A stretch of DNA of 64,000 bases from Octopus bimaculoides (Eukaryota), in contig NC_068982.1 of NCBI RefSeq assembly GCF_001194135.2, positions 171,169,640 through 171,233,639 on the forward strand. Reading direction: 5' to 3'. The stretch's first letter is position 1; each line of letters opens with the position of its first letter. Positions 15,434 through 28,126 of this stretch are shown here, in pieces. The position numbers and the translations under genes are program-made. A model generated the notes under the pieces. It did not search any database. It had not been told where the DNA came from and worked only from the letters and a program-made list of their open reading frames with translations.

Positions 15434-16575
15434 GTGAGTATGAAACGAACAAAAAATCACGCAAAAGGAGTTCCTTTGGCAAAGTCTCAGCGTTTTGATG
15501 AAAGCAGCACAAGGAAAACCAAAAGTAAAAAGCACGACATGACTGTTGGACAGCTTTCCTAATGAAATTCGAAGTTATAAAGATAACTCAGGTTTTTTTC
15601 AGTCGTACGAAGAAGCGCGAAGTGAAACTCAAGATAAAGATTCACTAAAATTCACCTTTCACTAGAACGGTATAGAAAGAAAAAAAAACGAGAATTCGAC
15701 ATAAACAGAAAGAACTGAAGATATACAGACATAGAAATATGCATATATTTCCTTATTATATTTAGTTACATTTACTGACGTACGAAAATTATTTCACACG
15801 ATGAGAATATTTGTTAAGTGGGTAAATTTAAAATATAAAAATATTTTCAACATCAATTTGCTATTTAAGTGAATGTTTCCGAAAGGTGGAAATGAAGAAG
15901 ACAAAAAGCTATAAAAATTCCACTGATAATTCAAAGCGAAAGAAAAAATATTCTTCAGAAATTCGTCCAAAAATTGAAAAGGCAGAACAAGCAATTTTGC
16001 ACTAAAATTCTAGCGATAAATGGATAGAATCTTAGCTTAGCAAAAATTAAACTACAACAATTTTATTTAGAAATATAAAGGAATTCAATAAAATATTCAT
16101 AGCTTCTTTTCTTCTGATTTGCTGTCGTTCGTAATGTTATTGTTGTTTTTGTATTTTTATTGAGCTTATTTCAAATTTTAGTGAAACTTTATTTCAAATA
16201 AACAATTATATAAGTAGTTCTTTGATGTCTTTATCGTTATTTGAAAAGTGTTTTATCATCATCATCATCATCATCATCATCACCACCACCTATACCCAAC
16301 ATCCCCAACACCACCACCACCACCACCACCGTCATCATCATAATCATCCCCATCATCATAATTTTGTTAGGAGACTGATGTTTATTGCGTGCATTCACTG
16401 ATTTACCGAACTACACGCTGTGGGTTTGGATGTGTGCAGTGATTGGTTACGGTTTTGTATTTCCTGTTTTTCCAAAAGACACTACGTAATCCCTTTGCAG
16501 TGCCTAGTAGTTCTGTATTCTGTACATTTTCCGTATGTATACACCTTGGTGTTTAAAAACCATTCACAAGCCACC

Positions 16576-16577
<2 letters not shown>

Positions 16578-16634
<57 letters not shown>

Positions 16635-16649
16635 TGATTATTATTATTA

Positions 16650-16731
<82 letters not shown>
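16578..16731. repeat. Inverted microsatellite: (TAA)18 followed by (TTA)n
   Basis: taa run 16578-16631, tgatga spacer, tta run to the gap at 16732. Confidence 0.95.
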
Positions 16732-17189
16732 NNNNNNNNNNNNNNNNNNNNNNNNNNNNNNNNNNNNNNNNNNNNNNNNNNNNNNNNNNNNNNNNNNNNN
16801 NNNNNNNNNNNNNNNNNNNNNNNNNNNNNNNNNNNNNNNNNNNNNNNNNNNNNNNNNNNNNNNNNNNNNNNNNNNNNNNNNNNNNNNNNNNNNNNNNNNN
16901 NNNNNNNNNNNNNNNNNNNNNNNNNNNNNNNNNNNNNNNNNNNNNNNNNNNNNNNNNNNNNNNNNNNNNNNNNNNNNNNNNNNNNNNNNNNNNNNNNNNN
17001 NNNNNNNNNNNNNNNNNNNNNNNNNNNNNNNNNNNNNNNNNNNNNNNNNNNNNNNNNNNNNNNNNNNNNNNNNNNNNNNNNNNNNNNNNNNNNNNNNNNN
17101 NNNNNNNNNNNNNNNNNNNNNNNNNNNNNNNNNNNNNNNNNNNNNNNNNTGAATGTGTAAGAAACCATAAAAAATTATGTGTTTGTTTT

Positions 17190-17550
17190 AAAATTTGAGA
17201 TCACATAGACAGTATTTTACGTAGGATATGGTCAGTTCCCATGAGCACTATCTTTTGAACTTCAGCCATTTTGGGGTTTCCTGGTATCTGAGCTAGGTAG
17301 TAATCAGCCCATTTCGCTATCATTCCCAGGGCACCTATGACAATAGGTATTGTTTTCGTCTTCAGATTCCACATTTTGCTAATTTCTATTTCAAGATCTT
17401 TATATTTGCTCAGTTTTTGGTAGGTCTTGACAGATACGTTTATATCAATTGGTACAGTCATATCAATGAGGAGGCATGATTTCTGTTTGAAGTCTTTCAG
17501 TTTGATGTCCGGCGTATTTGCATCTATCTTTCTGTCAGTTGGAATGGTGA
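17190..17550 (-). mobile_element. R4/Dong-clade retrotransposon 3' fragment (RLE domain)
   Basis: FTIPTDRKIDANTPDIKLKDFKQKSCLLIDMTVPIDINVSVKTYQKLSKYKDLEIEISKMWNLKTKTIPIVIGALGMI...VQKIVLMGTDHILRKILSM*; the 3' end points into a gap bounded by minus-strand (TAA)n. Confidence 0.9.
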
Positions 17551-17551
17551 A

Positions 17552-17738
17552 GTTCGCGTTTGCACGACGGGCAAAATACTCGCGTAATTCATCCGTCTTC
17601 GTGTTCTGAGCTCAAATTCTGACAAGGTCGGCATTGCCTTTCATCCTTTCGTGGTCGATGAAAAGATGCAGGAGTGAAACACAGAGGTCGATATAATTGG
17701 CTAGTTTCCTGCTCTAAAATTTCAGGCCTTGTGCCTTG
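17552..17738 (+). mobile_element. SINE family B
   Basis: gttctgagctcaaattctgacaaggtcggcattgcctttcatcctttcgtggtcgatgaaa...aaatttcaggccttgtgcc. Confidence 0.85.
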
Positions 17739-18262
17739 AGTATTTTGATTTCTTGGATACTTTCTTGTCTCCCATAAACTGAGGTAAGGTAATGTTCACC
17801 ACCATCATCATTACAATTATTATTATTTGACATCAGGTAATACGTTTCTGTTGCATCACTAGCCACACGTTCATGCTTCTGCGTTTTCTTCTATCGCTTG
17901 GGGAGTATTGTATTGCATCAGTATGTTTTGTTATGGAGTTTGGTTTGAGTATTCTGTTGTATTACTGTTTGTATTTCGTGTTGTGTGTGGTGCAAATTGT
18001 GCTGGGTATCGGACCTGTATTTTTACTATTATTGCATATGAGAACAGCGCTTGCTATCAAAGATACACTGAGGTAGAAATATGCAAACTTCCACATACCC
18101 ATCATGACTATCTGTCTGGTAAGAGTATAGCAGAGACATACATCGCAGCCATATATATGTGACACAGTGAATTCATATCACGAGACACGTCTTATGGCAT
18201 TGTATATGGAGCCAAATTCGAATATTTTTGAAGCTGAATAGCCCGTCCCACATACAAGGTCC

Positions 18263-18335
<73 letters not shown>

Positions 18336-18412
18336 CATTATTATTGTTGTTATTATTATCATCATTATTATTATTATTATCATCATTATTATTATTGTTA
18401 TTATCATTATCT

Positions 18413-18510
<98 letters not shown>
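18263..18510 (-). repeat. Interrupted (TAA)n array, the tail or target of the adjacent R4 fragment
   Basis: About 250 bp of tta with tca/ttg interruptions on the plus strand. Confidence 0.95.
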
Positions 18511-18875
18511 GACGTCACAGAGTATACAATATCGTGAGGTTGTTGATTGAATATATTGCGTCTTCCGGGACTTCGTAGTGATTGTCAAGTCACAAGGACC
18601 TCAGACAGACAGTACTTTACACAATATGCAGATATTTCCAAGTGATGCCGAATTTTGCAACATATCTAGATTGTGCAGCACATATAGATTGCAATACATC
18701 TACATTTGCAACACATCTAGATATAGGTTTTCAGATGGGGGTTTTTTTTCCAGATTGGGTGGTATTGAACCCAATGCTCCGATGACAATGGGGATAACCT
18801 TTATCTTCTACTCTCGTAGCTGCCGATCTTAGCCACCTCAATTCTCTGGTCTCTCGTAGCTGTCACTTCTTAGCG
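18511..18875 (-). mobile_element. R4/Dong-clade retrotransposon extreme 3' fragment
   Basis: Minus strand reads ..EVAK..KVIPIVIGALGSIPPNLEK and ends HIV*-like/..KVLSV*, then a 3' UTR running straight into (TAA)n; internal 12-bp duplication ctctcgtagctg. Confidence 0.75.
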
Positions 18876-19078
18876 ATTATTATTATCATCATCTTCATCA
18901 CCATTATTATTACTTTGACTTAGCAATGCGTTCTTAATAAAAGTTTGTACAGGCTAGCCTGTATGGTCTGGCTAAGTCAAAATGCTGTTTGTATTCTTCC
19001 TTTCTACTTGGGGAGTTTAAATGTAGTTACAAAAACATGTCCTGTTGAAATGAAATTTCAGTAAATTTCTATATCTTT

Positions 19079-19168
19079 GTGCAGCTGAGGATTGCTCTGC
19101 ATTTTACATTTGATGTAATGTTCACATTGCTTAAATAAATGGAGTCGCTTGAAACGATCGTACTACAT
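19079..19168 (+). ncRNA. Type I hammerhead ribozyme-like motif (degenerate, palindromic stem III)
   Basis: Stem I GTGCAG/CTACAT (5 of 6 pairs), CUGAGGA at 19085-19091, extended stem II (CTGCATTT/AAATGGAG plus inner TTACAT/ATGTAA hairpin, but TT/TT mismatch at its base), GAAA 19151-19154, palindrome ACGATCGT, GUA triplet. Confidence 0.55.
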
Positions 19169-22100
19169 TAACTGTATCCTTGTTGCTTATTTTGATTTTA
19201 ATCACCATATTTTGGAATTGTATTGAAAACACTATACTTGATTCTGGTGCCTNNNNNNNNNNNNNNNNNNNNNNNNNNNNNNNNNNNNNNNNNNNNNNNN
19301 NNNNNNNNNNNNNNNNNNNNNNNNNNNNNNNNNNNNNNNNNNNNNNNNNNNNNNNNNNNNNNNNNNNNNNNNNNNNNNNNNNNNNNNNNNNNNNNNNNNN
19401 NNNNNNNNNNNNNNNNNNNNNNNNNNNNNNNNNNNNNNNNNNNNNNNNNNNNNNNNNNNNNNNNNNNNNNNNNNNNNNNNNNNNNNNNNNNNNNNNNNNN
19501 NNNNNNNNNNNNNNNNNNNNNNNNNNNNNNNNNNNNNNNNNNNNNNNNNNNNNNNNNNNNNNNNNNNNNNNNNNNNNNNNNNNNNNNNNNNNNNNNNNNN
19601 NNNNNNNNNNNNNNNNNNNNNNNNNNNNNNNNNNNNNNNNNNNNNNNNNNNNNNNNNNNNNNNNNNNNNNNNNNNNNNNNNNNNNNNNNNNNNNNNNNNN
19701 NNNNNNNNNNNNNNNNNNNNNNNNNNNNNNNNNNNNNNNNNNNNNNNNNNNNNNNNNNNNNNNNNNNNNNNNNNNNNNNNNNNNNNNNNNNNNNNNNNNN
19801 NNNNNNNNNNNNNNNNNNNNNNNNNNNNNNNNNNNNNNNNNNNNNNNNNNNNNNNNNNNNNNNNNNNNNNNNNNNNNNNNNNNNNNNNNNNNNNNNNNNN
19901 NNNNNNNNNNNNNNNNNNNNNNNNNNNNNNNNNNNNNNNNNNNNNNNNNNNNNNNNNNNNNNNNNNNNNNNNNNNNNNNNNNNNNNNNNNNNNNNNNNNN
20001 NNNNNNNNNNNNNNNNNNNNNNNNNNNNNNNNNNNNNNNNNNNNNNNNNNNNNNNNNNNNNNNNNNNNNNNNNNNNNNNNNNNNNNNNNNNNNNNNNNNN
20101 NNNNNNNNNNNNNNNNNNNNNNNNNNNNNNNNNNNNNNNNNNNNNNNNNNNNNNNNNNNNNNNNNNNNNNNNNNNNNNNNNNNNNNNNNTATATATATAC
20201 ATAAGTACATATGTGTGTGTACTTTTGCGTGTGCTCATGCATATGTGTATGCGCACGAGTGTGTTCAATTGTTTACAATGTTTAAACACGATACACTTAG
20301 TATAAGAAGCGTGACATGGCCTTGTGAAATATAGAACACGATATGTTTGAAAGGAATTTAAGCTCATTAAGATCACCTAAATCCCTGATTATCCTTAGTC
20401 TAATGAATACCAGCTGGTGAGGAAACTCTGCGATTAACTAGCGTCTGTTCAGAGGGTAGTATTTTTCTCACCCTCTGTTAAGAAACATGGAAACTTGGTT
20501 AAGCTCTGCAGCCTGCTGGAGCTGTACGCTCAAGATGGATACGACCATTGTCATATATGTATGTATATATATACATACATACATANNNNNNNNNNTACAT
20601 ACATACATGTATGCTTACATAGATAATACATACATACATACATACATATATACATACATACATACATACATACATACATACATACATAGAGTGAGGATAT
20701 TACTGTGACGTTTAAAAAGCATTATGCCTTCTTTTCCTTTAAGCGAAAATATAATAATATTTAGTAATTGCATTCTTGCACTTACACAGAAATTGATATT
20801 GACACAGAGAAACACACAGACACATATGTTGGGAATGTCAAGAAAGAATATAATGAGAATATACACTATAGGTAATACTTAAACGCTAAGATGTCTCGTA
20901 GCACACACAACTATTCACGAATGCTTTAAGTTGAAATAGCCAGTTATGAAATTGAGAAAAATAACTACAGAACCACGAAGGAATGTTATCGTATTTGATC
21001 AATTACACCATAATCATCACGTACTGCTACGATAAGTTGTTAGTAAATTAAATCTATCTACGTATACTGAAAGTCAGTACCATTTCCCGAGTGAATCCAA
21101 AGATCATATGAATATTGCATTAATCTGTTGTACGTTAGAATCAGTCAATTAGGTCAATACTAGCCAGTAATAATGAGACTAGGCATAAAGAAAATAGATC
21201 TGTTTAGAGAAATTTGCTGCGGCACTGTTATGAATACTCAATTTATCTTGTATTTGTGTAATTCAGGAAAATGTTGTTAGCTACAAGGAAAATGTGCTGA
21301 CTAGTAGATGTCAAAAGTTAATTACACTGTAGGGAAGGAAAACCGCATTAGATATTAAATCAGTGTAAATCGTTACCGAACTGATCCAATTGATTCAAGC
21401 TGATTCAAGGAGTTCACTTCGAAATTTAGGTCAAGAGTAACATTATGAGAGGTATTGAAATGGAGAAGAAAATCAATTCATTATAGAACTATATAACTAG
21501 CAGAATGTTATTCAGATCCGTCTGCAGGAAATTGCAATGAGAATATTCAGTCTGCCATCTTCCTTCTGAGTTAATGATGTTATAGATTTCCAGTTCTGGG
21601 TTTATGTCAGAGGGGAGTATATGCACACGAACAAAATGAGTACATAATACAACGATAACTAGTTCAGAGCTATTCAGTTCTGAATAAGGATAATACCAAT
21701 AAAAAGAAACATCATCGTTATTATCGTTACAGTAGCAATGATCTTATAGTAGTGCAATGCTAGATTTAGGTCACTAATGTGCTTTTAAGAGGTCTTGAAA
21801 CACTGAGGGAGGGATGAAATCGGTTCATTATAGGCGTATACAACTAGTTATGTATCATTTGGATTTATAAGAAGGATATGAGAGTTTACCTGTGCTACAT
21901 TAAAATGAGATATGACAACTGATATGGTTTATAACAGTAAGCATCATAAGCTGATATATGTTCACAAAATAAGCAAAAGATTAGCTACAAAACAATTAAC
22001 GGGAGTGTTGCGTATACAATCGCAGATCCAAATAAAAATTCATGACAAGAATATTTGTGAGCTAGGTTTTCATGAAAATGAAGATATCAATAGGAAGTGT

Positions 22101-22745
22101 TCGAGAAATCTTTACGTATCTTAATATGTGTGCTCAGAACAACGATGTAACACAATTTCACTTTATGATTATATTGTGTGGTGAGTTCTGGAAGGGGAAT
22201 ATATTAGTCACAAACTAAAGATATATCACTGTCCTGTTCATAAGAAAATACATCTGTTCAGTAGTACCAGTTGTGAATTTATACACTGAAGAATGAGAAT
22301 GAATGCGAAAAAAGTTCAGTTCATTAGGAGAAATGTTGCTGGGAGCAACGTCTGGTTGTATAATTTTTAGATCATCTGGCAGAGTTATGAGTACTTCTGA
22401 GTTATACTTACTATGCATTATACAACAGATATTTGTCAGTAAGTAATAACTGCTTGACACGGTGAATAATAAGCGTGGGTTTTCAAGCAGCAGATATTAT
22501 TCAATGTGCTGGAGTTGATGAGGTTTCAACTTCTAGCATACGTATTACAAAGTATATAGAGTGAAGTATTCCGTATCCTACAGCTTTGCATTCCATTCCC
22601 AATTATTCATGTTAGATGTAATGTTTTAATATTGGAATATAATTGAGTTACATTTTTTGTCTCCTGTGTTACAAAACTCGGATGATTTATTCAGCTGCTG
22701 TCCTTGGCAAATAATAATTAAATATATATATATATCTAAATATAT

Positions 22746-22985
22746 CTGGGCACGTGGGCTAGTGGATGAAAAGTTGTATTCAGGAGTTGTGGTTCCCAGA
22801 CCGGTGGTGCAATGTGTTCTCGGCAAGATGCGTCACTTCATATTGCTCCAGTTCACTAAGTTGTGAAAAGGTAACATTGCGCCTGTCTTGTGTCCTGTTG
22901 ACCGCAAATTATGGCCTTCTCGCCTGGCCAGCAGGGTGGCATCATACGAAATCTGCAGCAGTTCGAGGAAGGATATTATAACCGG
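22746..22985 (+). mobile_element. tRNA-derived SINE family C (CORE-like central segment)
   Basis: Head gggcacgtgggctagtggat...gtggttcccagaccgg, then tgtgttctcggcaagatgcgtcacttcatattgctccagttcact, resembling the ttgggcaag..cactt core of CORE-type SINEs; GC-rich island. Confidence 0.6.
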
Positions 22986-23202
22986 TGGTGTATGACAACT
23001 CCAGATATTCTGGTTAATACACTGATAATATATACATATATATAAATACATACACGCATATATACATGCAGACATACATATATGTATGTATATATGTATG
23101 TCATTATTCAGTTTATTTCAAGATGTCTTGCCAACAGTTTCTAACCTAGATCCAAATTTCCATCATTGGAATTTCAATATCAACAACAGAGTATGTGTGT
23201 AT

Positions 23203-23204
<2 letters not shown>

Positions 23205-23236
<32 letters not shown>

Positions 23237-23269
23237 TGTATGTATGTATGTATGTATGTATGTATGTAT
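23205..23269 (+). repeat. (TATG)n microsatellite at the 3' junction of an RLE element
   Basis: Directly visible. Confidence 0.97.
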
Positions 23270-23740
23270 TCTCATGCATATAGTCACATATCTAGATATA
23301 CTTATATATATTTAAATGATAAACTTCTGGAAGTTTTACAGATTTTTACAGTTCCAGTAATAAACGGGATCTGTAGTCTTCGAGTTAGCTTTTTCCGTTC
23401 TGGTTCTGAGAAGCCTAATTTCTCAAGATTGGTATTTAGGCAATGTGTTACATATCTCAGGGCCCCAATAATTACAGGTATAAACCTGCACTTGTAATCT
23501 GGTTAGAGTAACTGTAGATGTCTCAATAGTTCAGCATAGGCGTTCTCTTTTTCACTGATCTTCAGCTTTATGTTAACATCCGCAGGGCAGCTAATTTCCA
23601 CAACTGTGCATAGTTTCTCTTACCCCAAATCATTACATCAAGTCTCTTGTGCGTACATGTTTATTGAGGTCTGGTACATTCCACCAATTTTCATTTTCAT
23701 TATGAGTGGCTATGGCTTCTACTTTATTGCGAGGTTTTAT
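23270..23740 (-). mobile_element. R4-like RLE non-LTR retrotransposon 3' fragment embedded in (CATA)n
   Basis: Minus strand: ENWWNVP...KLCTVVEISCPADVNIKLKISEK.NAYAELLRHLQLL*PDYKCRFIPVIIGAL.YVTHCLNTNLEKLGFSEPERKKLTRRLQI..ITGTVKICKT; ~45-bp 3' UTR then (ATAC)n; (CATA)n also at the 5' junction. Confidence 0.85.
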
Positions 23741-23810
23741 TGTATGTATGTATGTATGTATGTATGTATGTATGTATGTATGTATGTATGTATGTATGTA
23801 TGTATGTATA
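23741..23810 (+). repeat. (TGTA)n microsatellite at the 5' junction of the RLE element
   Basis: Directly visible. Confidence 0.97.
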
Positions 23811-23915
23811 TAAAGACTACGATAATATGTACGAAAGAAAAAGGAAATAGACAACGAGGATTAATTCTTGTATACACAAACAAGGATTAATTCATATATA
23901 CACAAACATCTATCG

Positions 23916-23971
<56 letters not shown>

Positions 23972-26900
23972 ACACGCACAAAACAACATTAAAATCTAAG
24001 AAGAGTAACAAATCTCCGTTTACGCCTCATTTCGTTTGTTTTTTTTTCCTCGACACTTTATTATACAAATTTTGCTGTAAATGTATTTTGAGTGGACGGA
24101 GGTGCATCTTCTATTTACAATCCCCTGATCAATTGTTTTTGTTTTGCTGTAGATCTTTTGCTACAATGTGGATAATTTGAAGTTTATATTGGTTATTGTT
24201 GCAAATGATTTTGTTTAGCTTATCTTCCTTTATTTTGTTACTACTACTACTACTACTACTCTGAAGACATTTCTGCAAACATCCTTCTTATCTTACTTAA
24301 GAATTTGAATGATGTTTAAATAGTTACTTATTTCTATGATAAACACATTATATCCATCTCTCAACACTTAACGACATCATACAATCTATTTCTAACATAA
24401 ATCTACGAATCAACTACAAGGTTATCGCTACAGTAATAATAATAACCAACAGGATATTTTATGATAAACACTTACCTACATGTCTGAATAATTCGCAACT
24501 AGTTATCTTTATAGGAAGAAATTATGATATCCACCTTCCAACACATTTCTGACCTAAAACCAGTTCTGATATTCTAAAACATCATCGATTAAGTAAGGAT
24601 AATAGTAGACTAAATATTCTGCTTGTTAATTTCCTTTTTCTTAAAAACAGATCTGAATAACTTTCTGCTTGTTCTATTCTGAATTGATTTTCGTTGCATT
24701 TCAATATTTCGTATAATTATTATCTGACCTATATCTCGAATTGAACTCCTGAATCAGCAATTCAATAATGAATTACATAGAATTAACATAAGAATATATG
24801 TCGGTTTCTTTTTTGCAATATATTGTATTGAAGTAATTAGAACAGTATTGTTGTTACATATATATTGCAGTCAATAAATTTTCTCTAAATTTCCCGTCCT
24901 TGATAAGGACAGTCTTTGTAAGTAACTGTAATGGCATTTTTGGTTCTTGTTTACTTATTAGAAACATCCAAGTTACCGTCATATTAGGACTGATCTATGC
25001 TTTTAGGTTACTTCCCACTAATTGAATAGATCTGACTTAATTTATTGAATTTTACGTTCACAGCCAACTTAATGCAATATAGATATTATCTTTCGAGCAT
25101 CCAGGATAATATTAGGGATATTAAAAGTCGAATAACTTACGTTTTATATAGTATTTTATGTAGCATAAGACGTTTATAAAGAACTTTCACCAGTGCAGGT
25201 TGCCCATGAATCTGCCTACGCATGCACAGATCTTTATACATAAATTTTTAATTAATGAAGGTTTGCAGTTGCCCATGTGTGCACATTTCTCCTCTCGGTA
25301 CCGCCAACTTGGCTGTGATAAGTTTGTAACAATGCATCGCATGCGTTTCAATGACAATGCAGAAAACTGGAACATCTACCGCAAGATATCTCACAAGATA
25401 TTTTTAACTCTTCTACTCTCCACATTCTGGCTTGGTAACGACCGTGAAATGGTGAAAGCCAAAGATGACCGCCGCAGGATCATAACTTAGATCGTAGAAA
25501 GTCAGAACAAATAACGCGTAGAATTTTGTTCTTGCTAAATTGCCACTTATACTATGATAATTATTCTGCATATATGTTTTATGAGGTAGACTTCCTATTT
25601 GTTTCATTTTTTCAAGATAATAAAATTCCCTCCAGTAGAACCGCCTATTTACCTCCTTTCAATCATAATCAAAATTGCATCTGATTGTTGACTGTAATTC
25701 AACTTAGTACTGAGTATTCTGTTTTTCTTCAATATACGGTAGAAGTAAGTATTTATTATTCAATATGGCGCATAAATATCTAATGTCTAATGTAAAGCAT
25801 TAAGTAGAATCACAAAAACATAAGAAAAGGAAAATGATGTGTTACACACATTATACAAAAGATGCTATAACAATAATAAAAGAATAGTTAAACGTAATAT
25901 TAATTAAAAGCATTGGGTCGTTCGTTGCAGTAAATGACAACGAATGACTATGAACATATTGGTGATGGGACTTGTCTGTGTGGTTTAGTGATTTTAATGA
26001 AGGATAAATTTTGGTTTCATCTTTACCAAGTAAAACCATACAAGTCTGCATGAAATTCCTCGCTGGAAAACACTTAAATGATATCGAAAACGTTTGTGCA
26101 ACTGTTATACCGAACTTCGTAAAGCTTGAAATTCCCTTATAATACAACGTAAAATATCCATTAGCTGTGTCGATAAGGTGTAACAATTTTGAAAATTACG
26201 CCTAGATGCGATGGAACGATCAACAACAATATAGAGTACATAACTTTATTCAGAAGACATACAATACAAAGTCCATTCTAATACCTCAAGATAAGAAATA
26301 TCGTGTAATCTAGCCTTCAGTTTAAGCATACAGTCATAAATGGCCTGACTTTTGATTGAATTTCTTTCCTTTTCCGATCAATCAAACGCAACATAAGATA
26401 GTTCATGTAAATTCCCTTAAGACAGGTTTCTTTGCAAAATTTCATAAATTCCATTTCACATTATAATTAAAAATAATTCTCTGTAACATAAATAATGTCA
26501 CTTACTCTACGTGTGACTGCATTATTTTAAGCAATTTCTTCCTCAATGTAGTTGTCTTTCAAAGTTTCTAATAATTTGTACTAACGGCAAAAAGAACATC
26601 AGAGCATCAGTAACCTATATTGTATTAGCCATAAATTATTGAAAAGCTTGTTTTTATCAGCATTATCATATATTCAAGAAACCGATAAGATTCTCCCGAA
26701 GCGTTCAACATAGCATATAATGAAATTATATATCTGCAAAAATATGAGCGCACATCTTGTTGATCCAACAAATATATGTATTCCATATGCTTGAATATTG
26801 AGAAAAAAAGGAATAATACGTCTCTTAACACATTCAATTTTTAAACTCATCGAGTTACTTTCTTTGCAATTTTGATCATTTTTTTTTTTACATACAGACA

Positions 26901-27988
26901 AATTTCAACACCCTTTACATTTTTTGCATTAAATGCCTATATTGTTTTATATTCACTTATATATCTGTTGCGCTTGCTACATCATTATTTCTATTATTTT
27001 AAGTGTTGCTCCTTTTCAATTTTTCGATCAAAGATAAATTTGCTACCCAGTAAGATTCTATTATACCATATTAAACAGCCATCTTTCGTTATGATAAGCA
27101 AGCATTATTACTATATGGTTATGAAATATCCATATACTTCCAGCTTTCTTAATCGTCAAATATCGTCTGTGCGAAAGCAGGAATAGTGATTTCTGACAGT
27201 TCCCAATATATTATGTATATCCTTGCATATCTACACATACTCACACATACACAAATACATAAACACACACACAAACACGCAAACACATGTACACAAACAC
27301 ACGCACACACAATCACATATATTTATAGAATATGTATACACACGCACCTATGCACACAGAAAGGAAGAATGGGAAAGAAGTTGAGCTATTAAGATGTGTT
27401 ATTTTGCTACAGTTGTTCGTACATACTGTCGTTTACATTTACTGCCGATGTTGTTTCCGCTGCTATTTTTTGTTCTCGCAATTATTATCGAGACGATTAT
27501 TCATCCCCTGCCAGCGGGGTCCATCATCTATAACAATTGGGAATGAAATGCCACCCATTGTGAAGAATGTAAAGAAAAAAAAAAACTAAAACTCTTTCCT
27601 GTCCTTTACCCTCCCTCGTCAGTAAATCCAAATGAAACGATATCTTGCATTCGCTGTTTATAAGGAGATAAAATATCTTCCTTTCACAAACACCTGCTAC
27701 TATGTCAGATTATTTATAATTTATACACCACACACGAGCACACACACGCACATACACACAAGAACACACACACACACACGCACATACACATAAGCACACA
27801 CACACACAAGCACACACACATACCGTCCCCCCGACACACACGCAATAAGACAATAGAATAGTGGTGGTAAGTCGATACTTTTATTAATGTACTTCTACCA
27901 TCATTCTTCCGAATCCCATGAAGATAGTGGGAATCAATGTAAATGTTTTCTGCAACGTTATTGCTTCCTCTACTATGGTTTCTTCTTA

Positions 27989-28071
27989 TGTACATACATA
28001 CATACATACATACATACATACATACATACATACACATATACATACATACATACATACATATACATACATAT

Positions 28072-28126
<55 letters not shown>

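Noticed and set aside
15712-15750. Hammerhead-ordered motif CUGAAGA-UAU..AUA-GAAA-UAUGCAUA-UA
   Set aside because: Stems are only 3 bp of A-U/G-U, there is no G-C closing of stem II, and the context is extremely AT-rich; likely chance.
24255-24285. CUGAAGA-CA uuuc UG-CAAA motif
   Set aside because: GAAA is broken and there is no stem III or NUH triplet.
27410-27545. Signal-peptide-like frame MLFPLLFFVLAIIIETIIHPLPAGSIIYNNWE*
   Set aside because: Terminates after 32 codons with no donor; hydrophobic reads are common in T-rich DNA.
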